In this document: piece by piece, positions 63,300-64,000 of the stretch
Layout of the letters: each line of letters begins with the position of its first letter
Numbering within the stretch: position 1 is the first letter of the stretch
Assembly: GCA_964057225.1 (NCBI GenBank)
Contig: OZ059894.1
Span: forward strand, 13,888,001-13,952,000
Direction of reading: 5' to 3'
DNA length: 64,000 nucleotides
Source: Auanema rhodensis
Taxonomy: Eukaryota; Animalia; Nematoda
Program-made: the position numbers and the translations under genes
The notes under the pieces: generated by a model
Database searches by the model: none
Told to the model about the DNA's origin: nothing
Seen by the model: only the letters and a program-made list of their open reading frames with translations

Positions 63300-63476
63300 T
63301 TAAAGTCGAGTGAATCTCCATTCATAACGTTGTGGATAAATATCTAAAATAGTTTCTTGAATATATTCATATAAAAATTGATCAAACTTTGCTTACCCAA
63401 GTCATTATAATTGTCAGCGGCTTTTCTTTTAATGAATGTCCGCTTATCGGCTTGTGGCATTTCTTGCCAATCATAC
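63300..63476 (-). CDS. Candidate nested antisense gene (last two exons) inside the LGIC intron
   Basis: Minus-strand exon 63476-63397 (TTATAG acceptor, GTAAGC donor), a 53-nt intron, ATTTTAG acceptor and a terminal exon from 63343. Best frame reads YDWQEMPQADKRTFIKRKAADNYNDLDIYPQRYEWRFTRL*. The 5' end is unresolved. Confidence 0.5.
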
Positions 63477-64000
63477 CTATAACATCAATATATTTATACA
63501 TTTTTCATACATACATTTGTTCATTTTGAGATTCAAATGATCAGTTTAGTTTGAACCATGATCATGTGAAATAAAAAAAGCATCCCTCCCTAACTATACC
63601 CCTTATTCTGCAAAATGTCATTGGTATTCTGTTTGATGTATTAACTCATAGCAGCACTACTAGTGATTATTTTCTTTTTATTTTGAATCAAAGAAAAAGA
63701 AAACAAAAGAAAAAAAAACAATTGGATGAAGCCGACTGATTAAGTTTTCTTGGAATCAAAGGTCAATAAGAGATTCATCAGATTTTTTTACTCTGTTCTC
63801 TGAGCCTTTTCATATTTTTTGTAGTGAAAGCTAAGAAATTCTGTTTTCTTCTTATTTTTGTACAAAAAATGATGCAAATCCAATAAGATGCAACGTACAA
63901 AGATGGGAATAGAAGTATTCTTTTTGTTTCAACATCATTGCATATCATATAGTATTGTTATCTTCCTGATGAGAGATCGAGAAATAGAATAATCTTTCAA

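Noticed and set aside
1-64000. CRISPR arrays, rRNA, transposase or reverse-transcriptase ORFs
   Set aside because: None seen; the sequence is intron-rich nematode DNA with no regularly spaced repeats or long uninterrupted ORFs.

Overview
Eukaryotic, very AT-rich genomic DNA with many short (~42-60 nt) GT-AG introns and TTTCAG-type acceptors directly before start codons. The protein sequences point to a rhabditid (clade V-like) nematode; the species cannot be determined from the window. Most ORFs in the supplied six-frame track are spurious, and the real genes were rebuilt by manual splicing. Nine protein-coding genes are supported: an NPY/NPF-type neuropeptide GPCR (npr-5/npr-13-like, +), a small four-TM membrane protein (+), an SLC17/MFS anion transporter (-), glutamine-hydrolysing asparagine synthetase (asns-2-like, +), a nematode sperm-type tyrosine phosphatase (+), a second MFS/SLC17-like transporter (-), the 7B2 chaperone sbt-1 (-), Numb num-1 (+), and the 5' half of a Cys-loop ligand-gated ion channel (+). 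No rRNA, tRNA, CRISPR array or autonomous transposon was seen. The most interesting unexplained signals are: an antisense spliced gene nested in the LGIC intron; a probable alternative first exon giving PTB-less Numb; a 17-codon repeat with synonymous-type divergence inside an asns intron; a let-7/miR-241-like sequence in an imperfect hairpin; about six-fold enrichment of TTACGTGA; three perfect CREs confined to the divergent SLC17/asns locus; a W6.48C change in the GPCR; and an msp-type promoter motif before the phosphatase. All coordinates, counts and expectations were derived by eye and may be off by a few bases.
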